The notes: generated from the letters alone by a model not told the origin. Numbered from the stretch's first letter, positions 51,220 to 60,458 are shown. The stretch: DNA of 64,000 nucleotides from an uncultured Bacteroidota bacterium (GCA_903851365.1 CAINOB010000020.1:106986-170985); one strand, 5' to 3'. Numbers and translations: made by a program.

Positions 51220-54200
51220 TCAATCGAACCGGAATACTTTCAGGTCCCATTCCTTCATCCATTTCAAAACAGGTAATCCATCTTTCCAAAGCACTGGAAG
51301 CCAGATGTACCTGCCATCTATTGCATTTTCGGGATTCCAGCGATCGGCCATAAAGATAAAAGCGTCCGGACGACCAATAACAGGCTGAATATAGGTACTT
51401 TGTGAGTCGAACGTGGTTTTTATTTCCGACACAGCTCCAACACATGGATTTTCCTTCTCAACCCAGGGGCCCCAGATGGATTCTGCAACTGCCACAGTTG
51501 CGGCATTGGGAGCCCAGCCGGTACATGCAGAGGTGACCAGATAATATTTGCCTTTATATTTAAACGGTGCAGGCGCCTCGCGTGACCTGTCTTTCAGAAT
51601 TTTAATAAACTTTCCTGATGGCTTAAGGTAGTCATCACTCAAAAGAGAAATAACCATGGTTGCATTATCTTCTGATGAATAAAAGTGATAGGCCTTTCCG
51701 TCTTCATCTACGAAAAGGTTCATATCTCGTGCCATTTCACCATTTGGGCGAGTGCTCTCGATGTAGGTGTATGGGCCGGTAATCTTGTCGGCTACTGCCA
51801 CGCCGCTTCTGGCTGCATTATATCCCTGACCTTTTAGCTCCAGATGGAACCACATCACATATTTCCCAGTTTTGCTGTTAAAAATTACTTTTGGCCGTTC
51901 CAGAACGCATCCGGCAGTGATTTCACTTTTGGGATCATCAGAAACTTTTAATGCAATACCCTCATCTATCCAGTTATACAGATCAGTGGACGAATAACAA
52001 TGTACACCCACCCATGCGCTGTTCCCTTTTCTACCTTCCAGTTTATGCTCGCCAAACCACCAGTATTTTCCCTGGTCAAACAGTATTCCGCCCCCGTGGG
52101 CATTAATCATAACACCGTTATTATCGAGCCACGGTTGTCCGGGATTAAAACTCTGCTTGTCAGTAACTGTCGCCTTGTTTGCCGTACCTTCATCAGATTT
52201 TCCTATCGAGCGGATCAGAATCACCCCGTGCGAAGGAATCATAGCCGCATACTTTCCTGTAAAATCTCCGGCATCTTTCTGCCGCCACAAATCTCTTACT
52301 GTTTGCATGCCTTTCAGGCCAAGCTTGGTTAAATTGAGTTCATATTTCTTTGACTCCTCGCCCAGGTTAAAAATCCCGATAGCGCGGCTTCCATCTGCCA
52401 GTAGTTTCGACCATACCTGAAAGTTACCATCGACAAAATCCCTGGAAGCCTGTCTACCAGATGGGTCCTGGTTAACAGCCAGCACCTCATCATTGGTAAT
52501 CAGGTTCAGTGTAAAATCATCAAGCCTGGTAAGGTCGCAACCCAGCAGCAGCGGGGCCGAAAGAAGGCTCCAAAGACTGATATGAGTATATTGTTCATCG
52601 GGTGTCAGTTTCGACTGGTGAAGGCTTGGTCCCCAGCCTACCCATCCTACTACCAGCATATCCGGATCGTTCCAATGTCCCTGACCGGCAAAAGCAGATT
52701 GTACAGTCTGCGAAAAGCCGCATTGTTTGAGCGATTCCCAGCTGTCGTTTATATCTTCGGTTGTGCGCCAAAGATTGCCACCCACTTCCGTACCCCATTT
52801 CCATACATCACCCATTCCATACTGGCACAAGCTGTAAACAATATCGCGGCCCGAGTTTTTAAGGGCACTTTGCATGGTCAGGTAAGGCTTCATGAGTTCC
52901 TGCTTTTCCTGATTTTTGGCGATCTGATCATAAGAACACCAATCATATTTTAGATAATCCACTCCCCAGGCACCATAACTTTCAGCGTCCTGATTTTCAA
53001 ACATATAACTTGCTGCATATTTCCCGCATGTCAGCGGCCCGGGAGAGCTGTAAACACCAAATTTCAACCCCAGCGCATGAATGCTGTCGCCCAATGCCTT
53101 CATATTTGGGAACCTTTTGTTTGGCAGGATATAACCCCATGGATCTCTTTTAGGTTCTTCATTCTGATATTTCTGCCATCCATCATCAATATTGATAAAA
53201 GTATAGCCATGATTGGCCAGCCCCTTTTCTTTAAACACTTTTGCGCTGGCAACCACCTTTTCCTGATCGACAGTCAAGCCCCAGCAATTCCAGCTGTTCC
53301 ATCCCATGGGCGGCGTAAGCGCGATATTATCACCAATAATCAGGTTAAGCTCTTTTCGTGCTTCGCCCTGTTTGTTCTTTGCCACAAGCATAACATGGTA
53401 TTCACCGGAATCTTTCACTCTTCCGGTTATGATTCCGGTTTTAGTATCCAGGCTAAGTCCTGCCGGGAGACCTTCGGTTGCATAAGTCATTGGACGCGCA
53501 CCCGTTGCGGGGATATAGAACAGGAAAGGTTTACCTGGCCTTTCGCCATACACCCGAGCTCCATTGATTTTCGGAATTGCAGGTGTAACCGGGGTCAGGA
53601 TATAAGGATATTCATCGCTGATTCGGATCTGATCCTTCACCTGGTCGTAAGTAAACAGGTACTGCACCTGATTTGGCCCCGAAGGTTCGTTGATTACATA
53701 TTTGAAATTCTTTAATGACAGCGGATCAACAGACATCTTTTCATTGAGAATTACCGATGATTTGCCATTCAATTTATCGATCATCGAGATTGATAGATGG
53801 CCGGTTATCGGTTTTGCTGAATAGGAATTTCGTAAAACGACCTTTTTAGTTATAGATCCTGAACCTGATTTTTCGGCCGCCTCCTGATTATCGATCAAAA
53901 AATAGTCAGTCAGCTTTCTCATTCTGATCGCCAGTTCACCGGCATAGATTCCTCCCATACCGCCTTCATCAAAAACACGTATCGCAATGACATTCTCCTG
54001 ATCCCACAGTATTCTTGGATCATTTACAGCCACAACATAGTTACGTTGAACATCATAAGTTGCAGTGGGAGCCTTTATAAAAGACTGGTCGCCTTTGGTG
54101 CCGGCGGAAACAGTTTTCCCATTCATTCCCAGGAGCTCTCCATTGAGATAGGATTGATCGAAATTATTGATCTTACCCAAACCAATTTGAAGGCTGTCCC

Positions 54201-54471
54201 TGAGATAAGCGCTTTTTTTAAGAGATGACGGGATGACCACTTTTGTCCGATACCAGGCATAGCCATCATACACTTCGAACCCCTGCAATTCCCAGTTTTT
54301 ATCCATGGCCATGGTTTTCCAGCCCGAATCATTAAAACCGGCCTCGATACATTCCTCATGATTTCCAGTTGCGAACTTCCATCCTGTTGAAATGGATAAC
54401 TTTGGCTCTACCTGGGAAAAAAGCCCTGTTGACAGTAAAATAGCACACAAAGCCGAAACGATTCTTTTCAT
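51220..54471 (-). CDS. Multidomain glycoside hydrolase: GH2-N-like sugar-binding domain, He_PIG Ig domain, GH27 (alpha-galactosidase/beta-L-arabinopyranosidase family), C-terminal GH43
   Basis: Signal peptide. GWKTMAMDKNWE...AWYRT jelly-roll. GLPAGLSLDTKTGIITG. GH27 motifs MGWNSWNCWG, FINIDDGWQ, VDYLKYDWC, LWRTTEDINDSW. GH43 motifs INAHGGGILFDQGKYWWFGE, ERPKVIFN, MARDMNLFVDEDGKAYHFYSSEDN, REAPAPFKYKGKYYL. Confidence 0.8.
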   Translation of the reverse strand: MKRIVSALCAILLSTGLFSQVEPKLSISTGWKFATGNHEECIEAGFNDSGWKTMAMDKNWELQGFEVYDGYAWYRTKVVIPSSLKKSAYLRDSLQIGLGKINNFDQSYLNGELLGMNGKTVSAGTKGDQSFIKAPTATYDVQRNYVVAVNDPRILWDQENVIAIRVFDEGGMGGIYAGELAIRMRKLTDYFLIDNQEAAEKSGSGSITKKVVLRNSYSAKPITGHLSISMIDKLNGKSSVILNEKMSVDPLSLKNFKYVINEPSGPNQVQYLFTYDQVKDQIRISDEYPYILTPVTPAIPKINGARVYGERPGKPFLFYIPATGARPMTYATEGLPAGLSLDTKTGIITGRVKDSGEYHVMLVAKNKQGEARKELNLIIGDNIALTPPMGWNSWNCWGLTVDQEKVVASAKVFKEKGLANHGYTFINIDDGWQKYQNEEPKRDPWGYILPNKRFPNMKALGDSIHALGLKFGVYSSPGPLTCGKYAASYMFENQDAESYGAWGVDYLKYDWCSYDQIAKNQEKQELMKPYLTMQSALKNSGRDIVYSLCQYGMGDVWKWGTEVGGNLWRTTEDINDSWESLKQCGFSQTVQSAFAGQGHWNDPDMLVVGWVGWGPSLHQSKLTPDEQYTHISLWSLLSAPLLLGCDLTRLDDFTLNLITNDEVLAVNQDPSGRQASRDFVDGNFQVWSKLLADGSRAIGIFNLGEESKKYELNLTKLGLKGMQTVRDLWRQKDAGDFTGKYAAMIPSHGVILIRSIGKSDEGTANKATVTDKQSFNPGQPWLDNNGVMINAHGGGILFDQGKYWWFGEHKLEGRKGNSAWVGVHCYSSTDLYNWIDEGIALKVSDDPKSEITAGCVLERPKVIFNSKTGKYVMWFHLELKGQGYNAARSGVAVADKITGPYTYIESTRPNGEMARDMNLFVDEDGKAYHFYSSEDNATMVISLLSDDYLKPSGKFIKILKDRSREAPAPFKYKGKYYLVTSACTGWAPNAATVAVAESIWGPWVEKENPCVGAVSEIKTTFDSQSTYIQPVIGRPDAFIFMADRWNPENAIDGRYIWLPVLWKDGLPVLKWMKEWDLKVFRFD

Positions 54472-54491
54472 GTTGTTCTGGATTTAACAGG

Positions 54492-54499
54492 CAAATCTA
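54492..54499 (-). promoter_or_regulatory. TAGATTTG (-7 box) 20 nt upstream of ATG 54471
   Basis: The plus strand reads caaatcta. Exact TAnnTTTG match on the minus strand. Confidence 0.4.
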
Positions 54500-54533
54500 C
54501 TAATTCGGCACCCAATTATTATCTTCGTATATC

Positions 54534-54968
54534 ATGGATTGGAAAACAGAACAAGAGTGGATCATCATGCGGTATTTCACGGAATTCTGCCCCGAGATTC
54601 CGCAGGGAAAGCTGATAAAAGGTGAATCTCCTGATTTTCAGCTATGGATATCTCCCAGGCGTTTTATCGGAATTGAAATCACACAGGTTCATCAATATAA
54701 TTCTGAAGGGACGGCACAGTGCGTATTAACCAATGAATCAGCGGTTAGACAGGTGTTTGAATCGGTCCGTTTAAAGGAGGAGAAAGTACATCTGTACCGA
54801 TCAGATCATCCCTTTCAACTTTGGCTGATTATCTTTGCCGATTATTCGGAACAAAATTCAATTCAAAAACTAAATCGCGAATATGATAATAACAGGATTG
54901 ACAGCTCATTTGACAGGGTCTATTTTTTTGATCTTGATACACATAAAATAATTCAATTGACCGTATAA
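54534..54968 (+). CDS. Hypothetical protein (144 aa)
   Basis: ORF with a 1-nt gap to mntP. No motif confidently recognised. ESPDF...IGIEITQ is only loosely nuclease-like. Confidence 0.4.
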   Translation: MDWKTEQEWIIMRYFTEFCPEIPQGKLIKGESPDFQLWISPRRFIGIEITQVHQYNSEGTAQCVLTNESAVRQVFESVRLKEEKVHLYRSDHPFQLWLIIFADYSEQNSIQKLNREYDNNRIDSSFDRVYFFDLDTHKIIQLTV

Positions 54969-54969
54969 A

Positions 54970-55539
54970 ATGAACATTTTCGTTTTGATTGGTATTGCCA
55001 TCGGCCTTTCGATGGATGCGCTGGCAGTATCAGTTGCCAACGGCATCATGATCAAAAAATTGCAGGTGCGGCATGCTTTCCGGATTGCTTTTTCTTTTGG
55101 TTTTTTCCAGGCAATAATGCCTTTGATTGGTTGGGCCGCCGGTCTGACTTTCAGTACCTACATAAAAGCATTTGATCATTGGATTGCTTTTGGCCTATTG
55201 ACAATTGTGGGGTTGCGCATGATCTGGGAAAGTTACAAAAGTGCCAAAAGCGATGAAGCTATGAGAAATTGCCTTCACTTCCCTACGCTTCTGGCTCTCT
55301 CCATTGCCACCAGTCTTGATGCTCTCGCTGTCGGTGTCAGTTTTGCTTTTCTCGATATGACTATCTGGTTTCCCATCCTGGTGATCGGCCTGATCACGTT
55401 TATCATTTGCTTTTTAGGAGTGATCCTCGGAAATAAACTTGGTCCACATCTGGGTAATAAGTTGGGCATTGTCGGAGGATTGGTCTTGATCGCAATCGGA
55501 ATAAATATATTACTTCAACACACACTTGGTAAAGCTTAA
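54970..55539 (+). CDS. mntP: Manganese efflux pump MntP
   Basis: Duplicated motif GLSMDALAVSVANG / ATSLDALAVGVSFA. Six TM helices. 189 aa. Confidence 0.85.
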   Translation: MNIFVLIGIAIGLSMDALAVSVANGIMIKKLQVRHAFRIAFSFGFFQAIMPLIGWAAGLTFSTYIKAFDHWIAFGLLTIVGLRMIWESYKSAKSDEAMRNCLHFPTLLALSIATSLDALAVGVSFAFLDMTIWFPILVIGLITFIICFLGVILGNKLGPHLGNKLGIVGGLVLIAIGINILLQHTLGKA

Positions 55540-55542
55540 AAT

Positions 55543-56832
55543 ATGGACCCAATATTAATGCACCCACGGGAGCAGATAACAGAGATAATAACCAGGATTT
55601 ATCGTCGGGGACTCACCACAACATCAGGCGGTAATATATCTATCCGTGATGATAACGGAGACGTTTGGGTTACTCCAGCCTCTATTGATAAAGGCTCGTT
55701 AAGGCCTTCAGACATTTTATGCGTTCATCCCGACGGTTCCGTTTCCGGTCCGCATAAGCCCTCATCCGAATTACCTTTTCACCTGGCCATCTACCAGGCC
55801 AGGCCTGATCTGAATGCCATCGTGCATGCTCATCCGCCGGCATTGGTATCATTCAGCATTGTCAGGGATTTCCCGAATACGAATGTTATTCCCCAGGCCA
55901 GGGAGGTTTGCGGACCTATCGGCTACGCAAAATACGAGTTGCCGGGATCGCAGGCGCTGGGCGATAAAATTGCAGAGGAATTTGCCAAAGGGTTTAATGC
56001 AGTAATTCTTGAAAATCATGGCACTGTGGTGGGCGGGATAAATCTGCAGGATGCTTTTGAGCGATTTGAGACCTTTGAATTTGTAGCCAGAATTCTGATA
56101 AACTCCCGAATGCTAGGCATTCCAAACTACCTGACTGATGAACAACTGTCAGCTTTTGAAGCCCAATACGGAGAGCATATTCCTGAGATGGAATCTGTTA
56201 CTTATCCTTCCGATGAAAGAGCCTTACGGTCCGACATCTGCAGGATCGTCAGGAGAGCCTGCGACCAGGGTCTGATGATCAGTACTTACGGAACGGTTTC
56301 CACACGCTGGCGTGGTGATGATTTCCTGATTACTCCGCGGAGTTTTTCGCGTTGGGACATACAACCTTCGGATGTCGTTCAGATTCGGGATGGACATTGT
56401 GAGCCAGGCAAAAATCCAAGCCGGTCGATATTGATTCATCAGGAAATTTACAAAAGGAATCCTGGCATTAAAGCAATCATATTTACTCAGGCACCATATT
56501 CCATGGCATTCGGAGTAACTGGTCAAAGCTTCGATAATCGAACAATCCCTGAAAGCTGGATATTGCTTCAGGATGTTCCATTGCTTCCATTTGGCGCTCA
56601 CTTTGCAGGCCAGGAGCGAATCAGCCAGTCCTTAAGGTCTGATCATCCTGTGCTAATTATCCAGAATGACAGCATTTTAGTAACAGGTAACAGTCTCCTC
56701 CATGCTTTCGACCGGTTAGAGGTGGCAGAATTCAGTGCCCGGTCATTAATTCACAGTTTACCGCTCGGAACGATGAAGCCAATTGATGAATTTCAGATAG
56801 AAGAATTGCGCAAGAAATTCCTGCCGGATTAA
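55543..56832 (+). CDS. Tandem class II aldolase/adducin-domain protein (two fused domains; the second lacks the metal ligands)
   Basis: N-domain: SGGNISIR, PSSELPFH, IVHAHPP, LENHGTVV. C-domain: TYGTVSTR, NPSRSILIH, IIFTQAP, IQNDSILV. Confidence 0.8.
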   Translation: MDPILMHPREQITEIITRIYRRGLTTTSGGNISIRDDNGDVWVTPASIDKGSLRPSDILCVHPDGSVSGPHKPSSELPFHLAIYQARPDLNAIVHAHPPALVSFSIVRDFPNTNVIPQAREVCGPIGYAKYELPGSQALGDKIAEEFAKGFNAVILENHGTVVGGINLQDAFERFETFEFVARILINSRMLGIPNYLTDEQLSAFEAQYGEHIPEMESVTYPSDERALRSDICRIVRRACDQGLMISTYGTVSTRWRGDDFLITPRSFSRWDIQPSDVVQIRDGHCEPGKNPSRSILIHQEIYKRNPGIKAIIFTQAPYSMAFGVTGQSFDNRTIPESWILLQDVPLLPFGAHFAGQERISQSLRSDHPVLIIQNDSILVTGNSLLHAFDRLEVAEFSARSLIHSLPLGTMKPIDEFQIEELRKKFLPD

Positions 56833-56882
56833 AATAAATTGCAAATAATTAGGAGTTTAGGGCATTCTTAAATAAATCTGCT

Positions 56883-56890
56883 TACCTTTG
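56883..56890 (+). promoter_or_regulatory. TACCTTTG (-7 box) 25 nt upstream of the RRM-protein ATG
   Basis: Exact TAnnTTTG match. Confidence 0.45.
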
Positions 56891-56915
56891 CACCGGTTTT
56901 AAATTAAATTGTATT

Positions 56916-57221
56916 ATGAAAATTTATGTAGGAAGTCTGCCTTACCGCGTTAGCGGAGACGACTTAAAAGGAATCTTTGAAGAGTACGGCGAAGTTAGTT
57001 CGTCAACGGTTATTTCTGACAAATACACCGGAAGAAGCAAAGGATTTGGATTTGTTGAAATGACAAACGAAGCCGAAGCTAAAAGTGCAATTGAACAATT
57101 GAATGGCGCCGAAATCGAAGGTCGTACCATCGTTGTCAATGAAGCAATCGAAAAACAGGACAATTTCAAGAAACGTGATAGTGGTGCACCACGCCGGGAT
57201 AACTTCCGGAAGAGTTACTAG
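56916..57221 (+). CDS. RRM-type RNA-binding protein (single RNP domain with a basic tail)
   Basis: RNP-2 IYVGSL. RNP-1 KGFGFVEM. 101 aa. Confidence 0.9.
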   Translation: MKIYVGSLPYRVSGDDLKGIFEEYGEVSSSTVISDKYTGRSKGFGFVEMTNEAEAKSAIEQLNGAEIEGRTIVVNEAIEKQDNFKKRDSGAPRRDNFRKSY

Positions 57222-57259
57222 TGTCTGGAAGCACGTCGTGTTAAGAGATTTTCGAGCAG

Positions 57260-57288
57260 CCCCGCCAAAAGCGGGGTTGTTTGTTTTC
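57260..57288 (+). terminator. Rho-independent terminator after the RRM-protein gene
   Basis: ccccgc-caaaa-gcgggg (6 bp GC stem) followed by ttgtttgttttc. Confidence 0.7.
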
Positions 57289-57309
57289 AGGGGTTTCGCA
57301 ACTTATATG

Positions 57310-57317
57310 TAAATTTG
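57310..57317 (+). promoter_or_regulatory. TAAATTTG (-7 box) 18 nt upstream of ATG 57336
   Basis: Exact TAnnTTTG match. Confidence 0.4.
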
Positions 57318-57335
57318 AACTAAATAAAATTTTCC

Positions 57336-57551
57336 ATGGCAGTTAAATACCTGGTGTGCCCACAATGCGGAATTATAAGATTTCAGGTTAAAAATGAAGC
57401 CGGAGCATCAATAGTGGTCCAGGTGACCAGAGAATTCGAAGTTATTCCGATTAATTCAGAAGATAACCTTGATGGTTTTGACCTCACATTTTTCTATTGT
57501 CTGGGCTGCTCCTGGAAAGGGAGCATCAATAAATTAAGGAAATTTTTATAG
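57336..57551 (+). CDS. Small zinc-ribbon protein (71 aa)
   Basis: CPQC ... CLGC pairs. 10 nt upstream of the patatin gene. Confidence 0.5.
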   Translation: MAVKYLVCPQCGIIRFQVKNEAGASIVVQVTREFEVIPINSEDNLDGFDLTFFYCLGCSWKGSINKLRKFL

Positions 57552-57561
57552 CGCATAAATA

Positions 57562-58629
57562 ATGAAAAGATTTCTGATAGTCATCGGAGTTTTAACCTTC
57601 TTAACGGCATTGACTATTGGCCTGTACTATTTCCTCCGTGAAAATCCAGAACCTGAAAAAACTATGGACCATTCTGAAGGCACTGCCATTGTAATTACAG
57701 GCGCTGCAGCACGCATACCTCAGGAAGCTGCTTTGCTTGAACAATTGTATTATTCCGGAGAGATGAAAAACGTGGCCTTCATATCAGGAGTGAGTTCCGG
57801 AGCGCTTAATGCAGTAATTCTCAATGCAATCCTCGACCGCAAATATACCTGGAAGAGATACAGGAATCTATTGTTTTCGCTAACAAATCAGAGCGTATTT
57901 TATTCCACAAATGATCCCCTGCCAGTAAATACTGATCCGTTACGCAAACTTCTCACCACTGTTCTGCACGACACACTTCACTATTACAAACTGAAGGATC
58001 TGCCCTATCCAACCTCGTTGTCCACTGTCAGTCTGAGTATAAAATCCTGGGCCGATCTTACTTATCGTTTATGCAACCGAAAGATAAATGCAGAAAGCGA
58101 TCCCGAACTCGATCTGGTTGAAGTGCTCATGGCCTCCACCGCCTTTCCAATAGCTTTTCCACCTACCAGAATTACCAACAATAATACCCTGCCCGACGGA
58201 AAATTTATTGATGGCGGTACCACATCTGATTATATCCCTTACCGGGCTGTCCTTGAATTCGAGAAGTTTTCAGGCCATAACCTGAACAGGATGATCATAG
58301 TAAGCCGTAAGCTGGATACAGAGGATGGCATCAGGGCCGAACTATTAAATATGGGTATTAATCGACTGGATTTGCTTGACAAATTAAATATTGCCATTGA
58401 GGATCTCTGTCAACGCGCATTCTTCAAGGGATTGGAATCGCTGATGAGCGAAGCGCCCATGTTGTCTGAGAAAACGTCCATTTACCTGCCTGCCATACCA
58501 GGTGAATATCCTCTGTTCGACTTTGGCAATATGAAGGATCAGTACCTGGCTTCCCATACCTGGGCACAAACACACAAGCCTATTCCATTGGCAGATTTTC
58601 TCAAGAACGGAATTTCAATTTACGATTGA
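57562..58629 (+). CDS. Membrane-anchored patatin-like phospholipase
   Basis: N-terminal TM helix. Oxyanion region ITGAAARIPQEAA. Nucleophile GVSSG (GxSxG). Catalytic Asp in FIDGGT. Confidence 0.8.
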   Translation: MKRFLIVIGVLTFLTALTIGLYYFLRENPEPEKTMDHSEGTAIVITGAAARIPQEAALLEQLYYSGEMKNVAFISGVSSGALNAVILNAILDRKYTWKRYRNLLFSLTNQSVFYSTNDPLPVNTDPLRKLLTTVLHDTLHYYKLKDLPYPTSLSTVSLSIKSWADLTYRLCNRKINAESDPELDLVEVLMASTAFPIAFPPTRITNNNTLPDGKFIDGGTTSDYIPYRAVLEFEKFSGHNLNRMIIVSRKLDTEDGIRAELLNMGINRLDLLDKLNIAIEDLCQRAFFKGLESLMSEAPMLSEKTSIYLPAIPGEYPLFDFGNMKDQYLASHTWAQTHKPIPLADFLKNGISIYD

Positions 58630-58638
58630 CAATTATGC

Positions 58639-59097
58639 ATGGATAAGATCAAACCACAACGCTTGACCGATCAAATCAAGCAAGTGATCCTGGATGATTA
58701 CTCAAGCATCATGCAAGTGCCGGGCAATACAATCAGTAAATTCATTCTGATAGCTGTCGGGATTGAATTTCTGGGCGCCTGTCTCGATAAGCAGAGTATC
58801 AAATCTACCGCCAGGGGCGAAAAAAGGTTCAACGCCACAATAACAAAACTCTTTCCTGCGAAGTATCATCATTTTGTCAAAGCCGGTTCAGTCCCAAATC
58901 TTTATGCGGATTTCAGATGTCCGGTCATTCACCAGTTTACCTCTGAAAAATCAATATTCCTATGTACGAGGCAAGAGGCAGGATCGGCAAAACATCTGAC
59001 ATATAATCCTGAAGGTGCACTGGTTCTGGTAGCCGAAGATTTTTATGATGATCTGGCCAACGCGGCAATGGAATTAATTAAACGGCTATCTCCCTGA
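58639..59097 (+). CDS. Hypothetical protein (152 aa), mostly helical
   Basis: ORF 9 nt after the patatin gene. It contains one R-x4-H element (FRCPVIHQF). No family confidently recognised. Confidence 0.4.
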   Translation: MDKIKPQRLTDQIKQVILDDYSSIMQVPGNTISKFILIAVGIEFLGACLDKQSIKSTARGEKRFNATITKLFPAKYHHFVKAGSVPNLYADFRCPVIHQFTSEKSIFLCTRQEAGSAKHLTYNPEGALVLVAEDFYDDLANAAMELIKRLSP

Positions 59098-60382
59098 TAA
59101 TCTTCAGGCAACGGTCGATTTCCGCTATGCTATTATATATATGTGTCGAATGCCTCAACCCATGGATATCACTTGAGGCGCGTGGTCTGAGTTTATCGCG
59201 GTTCCAAAGTAGTTCCTGCAATTTAGCTCCGGTCCAGCCATCGACATTATAAACCGTAATTCCGCCACACATATTTTCATCCGACGGGGAGAAGATCTTC
59301 ACTTTCGGCAGTTTCCGAAGTTCATCGCGGAGATAATTCCCCAGAAACTTCACCCGGGCCAGTATCCTGTCTTGCCCAATTTCATTTGTGAAATCCAGAG
59401 CAGCTTCTAATCCATGCAGCAGGGTAAGACTGCCCGTACCGCGATTAACGAAGCGAAAACCCTCATCAATATGATTGTCCCACTGTGAACTGGCTATTGT
59501 AGTGGAAATCTCCTGCATCCTGTCCTTTCTAATGTACATGAATCCGTTACCGCTGGGAGCCAGCACCCATTTATGAAAACAACCCACATAGGCATCACAG
59601 CCAATATCATGAATATCCACTGGTATGTTACCTAATGCCTGTGCACCATCGATCACGGTAAATATCCCTCTTGAACGGGCCTCTGCACATATTTCCTTCA
59701 CCGGCATAATGGCTCCGCTTCCTGAAATCACATGCGATATCATGATGACCTTCGTCTTTTTGGTGAAAGAGTCCACCACAATATCCAGCACCTCTTTTGG
59801 TGAATGAGCAGGTTTTGGGATGGGGATTTCGCGATAGATGATCCCATCACGCTTCTGGCGAGCTTTCCATGAACTGCATCCGCCGGGGTGCTCCTGGTCG
59901 CTTGTGATCACTTCATCACCCTTGGCCAAATTAAGTCCCATGCATACGAAGCTCATCGCCATAGTGACATTCTCAGTCAGTGCGAGTTCCCCCATATTAA
60001 CATTCATGAGTTTTGCCGCTTTTGTCCGAATACCCTCATAAGGGAAGTACCCCGACATCATGTCACCGTCGGCAACATAATCCCACTCAGCAAGGTTTGA
60101 TGCTGCCACATGCAGGTGCTCGGTCATCCTTGCAACCACAACACGCGGCATGGCACCCATGGTTCCCGTATTGAAAAAGACCTCATCTTTCCTTAACATG
60201 AACTGATCGCGGATCTTAGCCCAGAATTCAGGGTCATCAGCGGATGGAACCGGCGGTATATCAAACTCATTACGAAGTTCATTCATTCCACTAAGCTGAG
60301 CCGCCCATCCTGTCTGGGATAGCATTGGCAATGCAAAGGCTGATAAAGCCATCGTTTTCATCAGATCGCGCCTGGTTGTCAT
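59078..60382 (-). CDS. Class V aminotransferase-fold PLP enzyme (cysteine-desulfurase/isopenicillin-N-epimerase-like) with a twin-arginine signal peptide
   Basis: MTTRRDLMKTMALSAFALP...WAAQ Tat signal. PLP lysine context GCFHKWVLAP. ISHVISGSG and VIDGAQALG. Confidence 0.75.
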   Translation of the reverse strand: MTTRRDLMKTMALSAFALPMLSQTGWAAQLSGMNELRNEFDIPPVPSADDPEFWAKIRDQFMLRKDEVFFNTGTMGAMPRVVVARMTEHLHVAASNLAEWDYVADGDMMSGYFPYEGIRTKAAKLMNVNMGELALTENVTMAMSFVCMGLNLAKGDEVITSDQEHPGGCSSWKARQKRDGIIYREIPIPKPAHSPKEVLDIVVDSFTKKTKVIMISHVISGSGAIMPVKEICAEARSRGIFTVIDGAQALGNIPVDIHDIGCDAYVGCFHKWVLAPSGNGFMYIRKDRMQEISTTIASSQWDNHIDEGFRFVNRGTGSLTLLHGLEAALDFTNEIGQDRILARVKFLGNYLRDELRKLPKVKIFSPSDENMCGGITVYNVDGWTGAKLQELLWNRDKLRPRASSDIHGLRHSTHIYNSIAEIDRCLKIIREIAV

Positions 60383-60458
60383 CTTGGGTTTATTGAATTG
60401 TTAATAAGGCCAAAAATTACGAAAAATATAGCGATTTGAAAGGGGGGCCGGGAATTAC

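Noticed and set aside
54534-54968. The 144-aa hypothetical protein considered as a PD-(D/E)xK nuclease (ESPDF ... IGIEITQ).
   Set aside because: The third motif lacks the lysine (E-I-T rather than E-x-K), and nothing else supports a nuclease fold. I left it as hypothetical.
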